Origin: Gammaproteobacteria bacterium
GTDB lineage: Bacteria > Pseudomonadota > Gammaproteobacteria > Tethybacterales > Persebacteraceae
DNA: 42,207 nt
Direction: 5' to 3'
Assembly (NCBI GenBank): GCA_051008975.1
Contig: JBPCXA010000229.1
Coordinates: 1 to 42,207 of the forward strand
Part shown: piece after piece, positions 1 to 8,267 of the stretch
How the letters are laid out: each line of letters opens with the position of its first letter
How positions within the stretch are numbered: the first letter of the stretch is position 1
The notes under the pieces: generated by a model
Told to the model about the DNA's origin: nothing
Databases searched by the model: none
Seen by the model: only the letters and a program-made list of their open reading frames with translations
Made by a program: the position numbers and the translations under genes

Positions 1-814
1 GGCGGACGGATTCCGCGCTTTCGGCGGAAAGCAGATCGTAATAGCGCCACATTAATTCGTCCGAAACCGACATCGTCTTTCCGTAAATTTCCGCCGCCGG
101 TTCGCAGACGCCGATATGGTTGCCGAAACTTTTGGACATTTTGCGGACGCCGTCCGTGCCTTCCAAAAGCGGCATCGTCAAAATGCATTGCCCGTCTTCG
201 CCGCGCTGTTTTTGCAGTTCGCGCCCGACGAGCAAATTGAATTTTTGATCGGTGCCGCCGAGTTCGACGTCGGCGGAGAGCGCGACCGAATCGTATCCCT
301 GCACCAGCGGATATAAAAATTCGTGGACGGCGATGCTTTTGCGGGCGGCGAATCGCTTGGAAAAATCGTCCCGTTCCAGCATCCGCGCGACGGTGTGGCG
401 CGCCGCCAGCCGCACGATGTCGGCGGCGGACATTTTCCCGAACCATTCCGAGTTGCGGCGAATCTCCGTTTTGTTTTTATCCAAAATCTTAAACGCCTGC
501 TCCGCATACGTCTCCGCATTGGCGGCGATTTGCGATTCCGACAGCGGCGGACGGGCGGAATCGCGCCCGCTCGGATCGCCGATCGCGGCGGTAAAATCGC
601 CGATTAAAAAAATGACGGTATGCCCCAATTCCTGAAAGTGGCGCATTTTTTGCATCAGCACGGTGTGTCCCAAATGCAAATCGGGGCTGGTCGGATCAAA
701 TCCCGCCTTGATTCGCAGCGGTCGTCCGAGCGCGAGTTTTTGCCGCAACGCGCCTTCGGGAAGCGTCTCTTCCGCGCCGCGCCACAAAATAGAATCGTTG
801 AAATCGTCCGCCAT
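1..814 (-). CDS. tyrS: tyrosine--tRNA ligase, N-terminal ~271 aa (3' end runs off the window)
   Basis: Missing from the ORF track because there is no stop inside the window. Reverse-strand translation from ATG at 814 gives [11 protein letters not shown]...[46 protein letters not shown]...[20 protein letters not shown]. This shows the HIGH-type (HLGH) and KMSKS class I synthetase motifs in a TyrRS-like context. Confidence 0.9.
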   Translation of the reverse strand, partial: MADDFNDSILWRGAEETLPEGALRQKLALGRPLRIKAGFDPTSPDLHLGHTVLMQKMRHFQELGHTVIFLIGDFTAAIGDPSGRDSARPPLSESQIAANAETYAEQAFKILDKNKTEIRRNSEWFGKMSAADIVRLAARHTVARMLERDDFSKRFAARKSIAVHEFLYPLVQGYDSVALSADVELGGTDQKFNLLVGRELQKQRGEDGQCILTMPLLEGTDGVRKMSKSFGNHIGVCEPAAEIYGKTMSVSDELMWRYYDLLSAESAESVR

Positions 815-900
815 TATCGCCCCGTCATTCGCCTCCGCCGCCGCAATTATAACCGCCCCCCGACAATCCCGCGAAAAAAAGGGCGACATCTCCGCCGCCC

Positions 901-1221
901 CTATTTCCGTCCGCTTTCTTCGAGATTCGTGACTCTTTCGTCAAGCCGCTTGTCATTCCAAAGAAACATGGACATGTTTCTGTCTTCTGCATAACCGTCA
1001 TGCCCCGCCATAACGCCGGAATACAAAATGTACAAGAGCAGTGCGGCCTCTATGGCGTAAAATTTCGCCGTCAAGTACAAAATTCCAACTCCGACCGCAT
1101 GGAGAATGATGGTGCTCACGATCTGAAACCACAGCGGCGGCTTCCGCTTCCTGTAATCGGCATCAAACTGCGCATCGCCCGAAAACGGACTCTTACTCGT
1201 AAACAAAACAAAGTTTTTCAT
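901..1221 (-). CDS. hypothetical small membrane protein (two predicted TM helices)
   Basis: 106-aa ORF with a strong SD (AAGGAGAA) 5 nt upstream of the ATG. Hydrophobic stretches are [23 protein letters not shown] and [18 protein letters not shown]. It is visibly AT-richer than its flanks. I recognise no family. Confidence 0.5.
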   Translation of the reverse strand: MKNFVLFTSKSPFSGDAQFDADYRKRKPPLWFQIVSTIILHAVGVGILYLTAKFYAIEAALLLYILYSGVMAGHDGYAEDRNMSMFLWNDKRLDERVTNLEESGRK

Positions 1222-1335
1222 CGTTGTTCTCCTTTTCGGAATGGATAAAAAAGCGGCGTGTCAATCCAATCAAAAGGATAAAACAATTGACACGCCGTAC
1301 GGCATTTTACAGGGATTCCACCCGAAAAAGAAAAT

Positions 1336-1592
1336 CCACCATTCCGGCGAAAGCCGGAATCTCTTTTGCGCGAAGCGCGAACGGCGGATTCGCCTTGCGG
1401 CGAATGAGATTCCGGCTTTCGCCGGAATGGCGGTACAGAGTCGGCGGATTTCTACCCCCCCCAAAATTCGCTTTGCGAATTTTGACCCCCCGCCAAAGGC
1501 GGGGGGTCAAAAGCAAGGCGAACGCGGGAATCTCGGAAGTTTTTTAACGGCGAGGATTCCCGCTTTACGCAGGAATGGTACCGTGGGTGTAC
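1336..1592. repeat. mosaic intergenic repeat cluster (NIME-like): ~97-bp inverted-repeat unit plus further hairpins
   Basis: 1336-1433 has CCATTCCGGCGAAAGCCGGAATCTC at one end and its reverse complement at the other; near-identical copies lie at 10639-10735 and 27481-27577. There is a 12-bp-stem hairpin at 1483-1509 (TGACCCCCCGCC AAA GGCGGGGGGTCA), an ATTCCCGCTTTACGCAGGAAT palindrome at 1556-1576, and a GTACTTTGG module also seen near 6765 and 10743. Confidence 0.75.
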
Positions 1593-1614
1593 TTTGGACG
1601 GCGGGCGGGAATGC

Positions 1615-4152
1615 TTATGCGGCGGTTTCGCCGTCCGCTGTCCGCCAATGATCGCGGCGGCACAGGCGGCGGGAGGGACAATCTTTGCAGGCGGCGGATT
1701 TGCGAGCGTACATCGGCGCGCCAGCGGAAATACGGCGGGCGGCGGCGCGCAGTCGTGCGGCGATGCGGCGGGAATCGCCGGCGGTCTCGATCGTTTTGTC
1801 GTCGTCCGCCGGATAGCAGACGCGCCAGAGGGCGTGCGTCTCTCCGCACAAAAAGGCGTACAGCGGCAACTGCGGATCTTCGCCGGTTTGCATCGCCTTT
1901 TTGTTCGGCCCGCCGCCGCTTTTGTAGTCGGTAAACGCCCAGTCGCCGTTTTCGTTTCGGTCGACGCGGTCAATCCGCCCGCGCAGCGGCACTTCGCCGC
2001 CGGACAACGGCAGAGTCGCCGCCACTTTATATTCCAGCATGCGCGGCAGCCAGCCGGCGGCGCGCCGCGCGGCTTCGTTGCGGACGAATAATTCGCCGCG
2101 CAAAAGCCAGTGTTGAATCGCCATTTTCGCCCCCGGACGCGCGGCGGGCAGCGCGGAAAATGTCTCCCGCCAGAGCGCGAGAAGTTTGTCGGGATGCGTT
2201 TCGTCTCCCGCTTTTTCGGCGAATTGTTTCATCGCGCGATGCAGCAAAATACCGCGCCCGGCGGGGGGGAGAATTTCGTCGCCGTCCTCCTCGCCGAGTT
2301 CGAGAATATGTTCCGCGAAAAAACGGTACGGGCATTCGGTCAGACGGGCGGCGGCGGTGACGAAAATTTTGCGCGGCAACTTCCGCATCCGTCCGGCGGC
2401 GCGCGGCGGCGGAAGCAACCCGATGGCGATCGATTCGTCGACAATCGGCGCGATTGTTTCCATGGTTTTTCCCGCGTCTTTCATCGCGTCCGTCAGCAAG
2501 GTCCAAAACGGGCTCGCCGCCGCCGCCCGCCCGTCCGCCGCGCTGTGCCAGACGGCGGCGATATTGGCGTGCGCCGCCGTCAGACGCGCGAACTGCGCGA
2601 GTTGCCGCGCGACAGTTTCGCCGCGTCCGGGCAATTGCAGCGCACGGCGTCCGTTTTCGCCCCAAAACGAATCGGGCGGCGGCGGCAAACTTCCCTCGCG
2701 CGCGCCCAGCAATACGACCGAATCAAAACGGCGCGAAGTGGTCGGCGGCGCGAAACACGCGCGGCTGGCGATGTCGCGGTCGCCGCCGGTCTCGCCGCGC
2801 ATGAACATATTCAGAAACGCGCGAAACTCCGCCGCATTCAACTCTTCGCCGTCCGCCGCCGCCGCCAATTCGGCGCGCAATTCGGCGGCGACCGGATCGT
2901 TTTTCCACGCCGCCAGCGGCATCGCCGAATGCGCCAGCAGCCATTTCGTCCAAAGGCGCGGCGATCCCGTACGCGGACGCGCCCGTTCCGCTGCCGCGAG
3001 AGTTTCGGCGAACGGCGCGAACGCGGTATCGCCGAAACGCCCGAAATCGCGCAAAGAAAGCGGCAGCGGACCGTCGCCGGCGAGCAGCCGCCGCCACGCG
3101 AACGCCGCCGCGCCGCGCCGCGGATTTCCCTTCCAAAACGGCGCGGAAAGTATTTTGCCGAATTGTCCGGGCGCGAACGCGCACACCGTCTCCGTCCATT
3201 GCCGCAGCGCGCCGCCGAACGACAGCGTTTCCATCCGCCAGCCGCCGTCGTCTTCCATTCGGACGCCGCAACTTTCGGCGACCGCGCGCAACCGCCGCGC
3301 CAGCAGACGGTCGTATACGACCACGCCGACGGTGCCGTCGGCGGCGAAATCGCGCACCGCGGACAAGGCGAGATGCGCCGCCTGATGCAAAGACGCGGCG
3401 CAGCCCTCGCGGCACCGCGAAATATGCGCGATTTGCGGATGCCACGCGGCGGCGCCGTTTTTAACAAGTTCTTCGGCGGCGGGCGCGGCGTCCTCTTCCG
3501 GCGCGAATATCGTCGCGCCGTGCGCGCATTGCCGCAAAAAATCGTCCAGCCACGGACTGCGCGGTTCTTCGCCGACATACAACATCGGCGGCGCGATGCG
3601 GGCGAAATCCGCCAGCGCGCCGCGGGCGGAATGCAGACGCCGATGCAGCATTTCCCACAACAGCGAAACGGCGTCCGCCTCGGCGCGGACGGCGGAATTG
3701 TCGCGCGTCATCGCTTCGCACAAACGCGGTAATTCGTCCCGGGAAACGCGCAAAGACGGACGCGAATCCATAAACTCCTCAAAAAATTCGGCGAGCGCGG
3801 CGGCGCGCGAAAGCAATTCGGCGGCGGAAGACGGCGGCGAATGTTCGCGCAAACACGCATAAATTTGCATCGCCAATTCGCGGCGGGCGGCGGACGGGGC
3901 GGCGGACGACAACCGCGCGGCGACCGCAAGATCTTCGGCGCGAATCGCTTTGCCGGCGGCGACGAGCAAACGCGGCAGGGCGATAATTTGCGGCGAAAGT
4001 CCGCATCCGTCCCCGGCGGCGAGGGCGGCGCGCAAAGCGGCGGCGGCGCCGTCGTGCGGAGTCAGGCAAAGCGTATTTTCGCGTCCGCGCAAAAAAACGG
4101 CGGCGGCGGCGAACGGACGCGCGTCGCGCGAAACGCGCGGATTATCGTTCAA
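1615..4152 (-). CDS. AddB-type PD-(D/E)XK nuclease family protein (RecB-like nuclease domain with Fe-S cysteine cluster)
   Basis: 845-aa ORF. The C-terminus carries [22 protein letters not shown] (RecB-family nuclease motif) and cysteines ECPYRFF ... [10 protein letters not shown], arranged like the AddB iron-sulfur staple. The start overlaps the fdxA stop by 11 nt. Confidence 0.7.
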   Translation of the reverse strand: MNDNPRVSRDARPFAAAAVFLRGRENTLCLTPHDGAAAALRAALAAGDGCGLSPQIIALPRLLVAAGKAIRAEDLAVAARLSSAAPSAARRELAMQIYACLREHSPPSSAAELLSRAAALAEFFEEFMDSRPSLRVSRDELPRLCEAMTRDNSAVRAEADAVSLLWEMLHRRLHSARGALADFARIAPPMLYVGEEPRSPWLDDFLRQCAHGATIFAPEEDAAPAAEELVKNGAAAWHPQIAHISRCREGCAASLHQAAHLALSAVRDFAADGTVGVVVYDRLLARRLRAVAESCGVRMEDDGGWRMETLSFGGALRQWTETVCAFAPGQFGKILSAPFWKGNPRRGAAAFAWRRLLAGDGPLPLSLRDFGRFGDTAFAPFAETLAAAERARPRTGSPRLWTKWLLAHSAMPLAAWKNDPVAAELRAELAAAADGEELNAAEFRAFLNMFMRGETGGDRDIASRACFAPPTTSRRFDSVVLLGAREGSLPPPPDSFWGENGRRALQLPGRGETVARQLAQFARLTAAHANIAAVWHSAADGRAAAASPFWTLLTDAMKDAGKTMETIAPIVDESIAIGLLPPPRAAGRMRKLPRKIFVTAAARLTECPYRFFAEHILELGEEDGDEILPPAGRGILLHRAMKQFAEKAGDETHPDKLLALWRETFSALPAARPGAKMAIQHWLLRGELFVRNEAARRAAGWLPRMLEYKVAATLPLSGGEVPLRGRIDRVDRNENGDWAFTDYKSGGGPNKKAMQTGEDPQLPLYAFLCGETHALWRVCYPADDDKTIETAGDSRRIAARLRAAARRISAGAPMYARKSAACKDCPSRRLCRRDHWRTADGETAA

Positions 4153-4465
4153 GATATTTTAATTTGTCCGGCACTTCGGTCCATTTGTCGGCGTCCGGCG
4201 GCGGATCTTTGCGCTCGGCGATTACCGGCCATTGCTCGGAAAGTTCGCGGTTGAGTTGCAAAAAATGCTCCTGCCCCTCCGCCAAATCGTCCTCGGAGAC
4301 GATGGCGTCGACCGGGCATTCCGGCACGCACAGCGAGCAGTCTATGCATTCTTCGGGGTCGATCGCCAGCATGTTCGGCCCCTCGTGGAAGCAGTCCACC
4401 GGACACACCTCCACGCAGTCGGTGTATTTGCAGTTGACGCACTTGTCCAAAACGACATAAGTCAT
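4142..4465 (-). CDS. fdxA: 7Fe-type ferredoxin
   Basis: [55 protein letters not shown] is the classic Azotobacter-type [3Fe-4S][4Fe-4S] ferredoxin pattern. I chose the start at MTYVV (4465) rather than the track start at 4498. Confidence 0.9.
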   Translation of the reverse strand: MTYVVLDKCVNCKYTDCVEVCPVDCFHEGPNMLAIDPEECIDCSLCVPECPVDAIVSEDDLAEGQEHFLQLNRELSEQWPVIAERKDPPPDADKWTEVPDKLKYLER

Positions 4466-4575
4466 CACGACATCCTTTCGCGCTTTTTCGCCCCGCAATT
4501 ATACGCCGAAAGGAAAATATAAAAAATGCCACCCGCAAATTTCCGCGTCTCCCTCCATCCCATTCCTGCACCCCC

Positions 4576-4689
4576 CGTCCCATTCCTGCGAAAGCAGGAA
4601 TCTCCGCCGCCGCGAAGCGGCGGGTAATTGTACACTTTTACAATTTGCGCCTCCGGCGCAGAGATTCCTGCTTTCGCAGGAATGGGACG
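4576..4689 (+). repeat. 114-bp MITE-like five-hairpin element, copy 1
   Basis: CGTCCCATTCCTGCGAAAGCAGGAATCTCCGCCGCCGCGAAGCGGCGGGTAATTGTACACTTTTACAATTTGCGCCTCCGGCGCAGAGATTCCTGCTTTCGCAGGAATGGGACG. It has terminal inverted repeats of about 30 bp, each containing an ATTCCTGC-N4-GCAGGAAT palindrome. Near-identical copies lie at 20356-20469 (same orientation), 6621-6734 (inverted) and 27696-27814 (inverted, diverged). Confidence 0.8.
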
Positions 4690-4760
4690 GTCTCTTTCCC
4701 TTGATTTCGCGGGGATGGGACGGCGGGGGCGGCGGAAATGGGATAAAAGGCGGCGGGGTT

Positions 4761-4766
4761 TATAAT
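4761..4766 (+). promoter_or_regulatory. -10-like TATAAT located 6 nt upstream of the ATG at 4773
   Basis: gtt TATAAT gggggg ATG. There is no SD, and the spacing would put the transcription start at or next to the start codon. Confidence 0.4.
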
Positions 4767-4772
4767 GGGGGG

Positions 4773-5264
4773 ATGATTGATTCCGCCGCCGGGCTGCGCC
4801 GCATTCTCGACGGGCATCGCGCCGTCGCCGTCGTCGGATTGTCGGCGAAGTGGCACCGCCCCTCGTTTTTCGCCGCCAAGTATTTGCTGGACCACGGCTA
4901 CGAAATTTTTCCCGTCAATCCGGCGTATTCCGAAGTTTTGGGGCGCGAATGCTATCCGAATCTGGCGGCGGTTCCCGCGGCGGTTGAAGTCGTCAATTGT
5001 TTCCGCCGCGCCGAAGAAATGCCCGAATTGGCGCGGCAGGCGGCGGCGGCGGGGGCGCGCGTGTTTTGGATGCAAATCGGCGCGCACAGCGACGAGGCGG
5101 CGAAAATCGCCGAAGACGCCGGAATGGAGGCGGTGGGAAACCGCTGCATGAAAATCGAACACGGACGCCTGTTCGGCGGGCTGCATTTCGCCGGAGTCAA
5201 CACCGGCGTAATTTCGCCGCGTCGCCGCGGGGCGCGCCGGGCGGGCGGCGGCGCGGCGAAATGA
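4773..5264 (+). CDS. CoA-binding domain protein (YccU/YneT-like)
   Basis: AVAVVGLSAKWHRPSFFAAKYLLDHGYEIFPVNP...VVNCFRRAEEMPELARQAAAAGARVFWMQ matches the CoA_binding_2 architecture. Start set at MIDSAAG. The stop overlaps the metY ATG (ATGA at 5261-5264). Confidence 0.75.
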   Translation: MIDSAAGLRRILDGHRAVAVVGLSAKWHRPSFFAAKYLLDHGYEIFPVNPAYSEVLGRECYPNLAAVPAAVEVVNCFRRAEEMPELARQAAAAGARVFWMQIGAHSDEAAKIAEDAGMEAVGNRCMKIEHGRLFGGLHFAGVNTGVISPRRRGARRAGGGAAK

Positions 5265-6556
5265 AAGACGGCGGCGAACGGAAATTCGGGCTGGAAACCT
5301 TGTGCGCCCACGCCGGACAAATTCCGGACGGCGACACCGGCGCGCGCGCCCCGCCGATTTATCAGACCGCCGCCTTCGTTTTTGACAGCGCGGATCATGC
5401 GGCGAGTTTGTTTAATTTGCAGACCTTCGGCAACGTATATTCGCGCGTTTCCAATCCGACGAACGCGATGTTTGAGGAGCGAATCGCCGCCGCCGAAAAC
5501 GGCCGCGCCGCGCTGGCGACGGCGTCCGGAATGGCCGCCTCCGCGACGGCGACGCTCGCGCTGCTGCAGCAGGGGGACGAAGTTGTCGCGGCGAAAACTT
5601 TATACGGCGGCACCTATTCGCTGCTGGACGTCAACTTCCGCCGTTTCGGAATTACGACGCATTTTGTGGACGGCGACGACCCCGAAAACTTCGCGCGCGC
5701 GATCAACGACCGGACGCACCTGCTTTTCGCCGAGACGGTCGGCAATCCGGCGATGAATGTTTTGGACGTAGAAAAGGTCGCCGCCGTCGCGCGGGCGGCG
5801 GGCGTGCCGCTGATTGTGGACAACACCATTCCCACCCCGGCGCTTTGCCGTCCGCTGGAATGGGGCGCGGACATCGTCGTGCATTCGGCGACGAAATATA
5901 TCGGCGGCCACGGCGCCGCGCTGGGCGGCGTCATCGTGGAATCGGGAAAATTTCCGTGGGACAACGGAAAATTTCCCGCGATGACGGAGCCGTCGGCGGG
6001 CTATCACGGCGTCCGTTTTTACGAAACTTTCGGCGATTTCGGATTTACGATGCGCGCGCGCTGCGAATTCTTGCGCACTTTCGGCGCGGTGCTGGCGCCG
6101 TTTCATTCGTTTCTGTTTTTGCAGGGAATGGAGACGCTGCCGTTGCGGATGCGGCGGCACAGCGAAAACGCGCTGACGGTCGCCGAATTTTTGACGCGAC
6201 ATCCGCGGGTGGAATGGGTCAATTATCCGGCGCTGGAAAGTTCCCCGCACCGCGAAACGGCGCGAAAGTATTTGCCGGACGGCGCGGGCGGCGTGCTGAC
6301 TTTCGGCGTCTGCGGCGGCGCGCAAACGGGCGCGCGTCTGATAGAAAATGTCCGCCTCTGCAGCCATCTGGCGAACATCGGCGACACGAAAACGCTGATA
6401 ATTCATCCCGCCTCCACCACGCACCGGCAGATGAACGAGGAACAGCAGCGCGCCGCCGGAATCGCCCCGGAAATGATCCGCCTGTCCGTCGGTCTGGAAA
6501 CCGTGGACGATATTATATGGGATTTGGAACAGTCCCTCGCCGCCGCGACAAAATAA
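5261..6556 (+). CDS. metY: O-acetylhomoserine (thiol)-lyase / sulfhydrylase, PLP-dependent
   Basis: Start at MKDGGERKFGLETLCAHAG. It contains YSRVSNPTNAMFEERIAAAENG and the PLP-lysine motif SATKYIGGHG. It is Cys/Met-metabolism PLP family over its full length (431 aa). Confidence 0.9.
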   Translation: MKDGGERKFGLETLCAHAGQIPDGDTGARAPPIYQTAAFVFDSADHAASLFNLQTFGNVYSRVSNPTNAMFEERIAAAENGRAALATASGMAASATATLALLQQGDEVVAAKTLYGGTYSLLDVNFRRFGITTHFVDGDDPENFARAINDRTHLLFAETVGNPAMNVLDVEKVAAVARAAGVPLIVDNTIPTPALCRPLEWGADIVVHSATKYIGGHGAALGGVIVESGKFPWDNGKFPAMTEPSAGYHGVRFYETFGDFGFTMRARCEFLRTFGAVLAPFHSFLFLQGMETLPLRMRRHSENALTVAEFLTRHPRVEWVNYPALESSPHRETARKYLPDGAGGVLTFGVCGGAQTGARLIENVRLCSHLANIGDTKTLIIHPASTTHRQMNEEQQRAAGIAPEMIRLSVGLETVDDIIWDLEQSLAAATK

Positions 6557-6620
6557 AGAGCCGCGTCCGCCGTTGTCGTATTTCGCCCCCCCCCGTTATC
6601 GGCGAATAGAGAAAAAGAAA

Positions 6621-6734
6621 CGTCCCATTCCTGCGAAGGCAGGAATCTCCGCGCCGAAGGCGCAAATTGTAAAGAGGTACAATTACCCGCCGCTTTGCGG
6701 CGGCGGACATTCCTGCCTTCGCAGGAATGGGACG
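6621..6734 (-). repeat. 114-bp MITE-like five-hairpin element, copy 2 (inverted)
   Basis: The reverse complement aligns end to end with 4576-4689 and 20356-20469, differing at only a few positions. Confidence 0.8.
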
Positions 6735-6819
6735 GGGTGGTGCAAAAATGGAATGTTTGTGTACTTTGTGTTTTTCGCACTATTCGGAATTTTTGATTCC
6801 CGATTTCGCGGACATAAAA

Positions 6820-7728
6820 TTACGGCGCGCCGACGCCGTGATAGGCGCGGACCGAATGTTTCGCCTCGGCGAAAAACAGCCACCGCTCGGCGAGCAGTCC
6901 GGCGCATAAAAAACACGCGGCGAAAACGGCGCCCCAAGAATCGCCCCGCAGCGCGAACGCCGCGCCGGACGGCGGCGCGAACGCGCACAGCGACACGGAA
7001 GCAATTCTTAATGCGCGCAACTTCCGCGCCGAAACGACGAAAATAAATTCGCGCGTAAGAAAAGTTTGCGCGGCGTGGCCGGTCTCCAAAAGTTTCGCCC
7101 CCGCGCGCGAAAAACCGGCGGCGCGACCGACGCGGATGTCGGCGGTTTTTCCCAGACGGCGGTAATATAAAATTTTTATCGCGACCGCCGCGGCGGTGAG
7201 AATACAAACCGCCGCCGCGATTGTTTCGTCCGCGCCGCCGCCGAAAGATGCGCACGCCGCGAACAACAGCGCGCCGCTTTGCAGCGCGAACGCGAGATAG
7301 CCGCAGGCGGTCAGCGGGTGATGCCACGCGGCGATCGTCTTCAGCGACTGATATATCATCGCCGTGCAAAACACCGCGCATACCGCGAAAAACAAAACCG
7401 CCGCGCGCAAAAACCGCGGCGATTCGCCGTAATAAAAATGCCAAGCCGCCCACGGCATAAACAGCGCGAAAAACAAAACCGCGCAAACCGCCTCGCGCGA
7501 CAGCCACGAAGTGCGGACGCGCGAAAACGCCCGCCACGCGTTTTTGGGATTCGCCAAATGAAACACCGACGCGCAAAGCCCGCCGCCGGTCAGCGCGCAC
7601 GAAAGCACGACGGCGAAGGCGAATTCCCGCGCGGCGACCGAATCGGCGAAAACCGCCAGCACCGCCGCCAGCCCCAGCCCGCCGCCCGACAACACGGTAA
7701 AAAATACGATGGAAAGCGCGGGTTTCAA
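6820..7728 (-). CDS. DmsC/YnfH-family membrane anchor subunit of a DMSO-reductase-type complex
   Basis: 302-aa polytopic membrane ORF. It has FHLANPKNAWRAFSRVRTSWLSREA and C-terminal ERWLFFAEAKHSV, typical of the DmsC anchor family. The TTG start at 7728 overlaps the upstream stop (TTGA). Confidence 0.75.
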   Translation of the reverse strand: MKPALSIVFFTVLSGGGLGLAAVLAVFADSVAAREFAFAVVLSCALTGGGLCASVFHLANPKNAWRAFSRVRTSWLSREAVCAVLFFALFMPWAAWHFYYGESPRFLRAAVLFFAVCAVFCTAMIYQSLKTIAAWHHPLTACGYLAFALQSGALLFAACASFGGGADETIAAAVCILTAAAVAIKILYYRRLGKTADIRVGRAAGFSRAGAKLLETGHAAQTFLTREFIFVVSARKLRALRIASVSLCAFAPPSGAAFALRGDSWGAVFAACFLCAGLLAERWLFFAEAKHSVRAYHGVGAP

Positions 7729-8219
7729 GCAAGCCCGGACTTTTTCAGAATCTCCCGCTGATGTTTTTCCTGGACAGAAAATATCGTAAAGCGCGGTTTC
7801 ATTCCCTTGCGAAAAGATTCCGACACATCATCATAAGAAACGGGATTGCCGTCCCAGCGCACGGCGTAAAAATGCCACGACTCGCGAATGCCTTGCCCGG
7901 ACAATTTTTGATACTTGCATTCCCGTTCGGAAATGCGCCCGACCAAATACTCCCGCTTCCGCGGATTGCAGGTGAGGACTCTGTCGCCCCGCGCAAACTC
8001 GCCGCAAAAACGAAAAAGCACGCCCGCCTTGTAGCGGATTTGACGGTCGGTAAAACGGGACGAACTCCGCCACCGGCGATAAAGAGATTCTATCTCTTCG
8101 CGCGACAACCCGTTGACATCTTTGCCGACGGAAAAATTAATTCCCACTTCCGACTCCGACATAAACCGGGACCAATACTTTCCGCCTTCGCCGGCGCGCA
8201 CCATCCACATTTTTTTCAT
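7725..8219 (-). CDS. hypothetical protein resembling the non-catalytic N-terminal module of Mrr-type restriction endonucleases (no nuclease domain)
   Basis: MKKMWMVRAGEGGKYW...GLSREEIESLYRRW...FARGDRVLTCNPRKREYLVGRISERECKY follows the W-x-VRAG...EEI...GD-x-V...R-x-Y-x-VG-x-I pattern seen at the N-termini of many ~300-aa Mrr_cat proteins. It has its own SD (GGAGAGAG) and a TATACT box, and is AT-richer than its neighbours. Confidence 0.55.
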   Translation of the reverse strand: MKKMWMVRAGEGGKYWSRFMSESEVGINFSVGKDVNGLSREEIESLYRRWRSSSRFTDRQIRYKAGVLFRFCGEFARGDRVLTCNPRKREYLVGRISERECKYQKLSGQGIRESWHFYAVRWDGNPVSYDDVSESFRKGMKPRFTIFSVQEKHQREILKKSGLA

Positions 8220-8267
8220 AATCTCTCTCCGAATGCGCAGTATAACACGGCGGACAAACCGCGATTC

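Noticed and set aside
1336-1592. Repeat clusters (also 10541-10771 and 27481-27814) considered as a CRISPR array
   Set aside because: The units are inverted-repeat palindromes with irregular spacing and shared, non-unique spacers. There is no direct-repeat periodicity and no cas genes, so they are mosaic intergenic repeats instead.
2110-3732. 540-aa plus-strand ORF; similar cases are 29719-31404 (561 aa), 35460-36989 (509 aa), 6683-7732 (349 aa) and 25129-25926
   Set aside because: All are antisense to, or out of frame with, well-supported genes (AddB-like, slt, UxaA pair, DmsC-like, autotransporter). All have Arg-rich, motif-free translations and are GC-content artefacts.
6587-6595. C9 tract after metY, and other C/G runs of 7-9 nt (1455-1462, 37284-37291)
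   Set aside because: These are short for efficient slippage and lie outside any obvious promoter or ORF context. In GC-rich DNA with frequent GGG/CCC codons such runs are expected.
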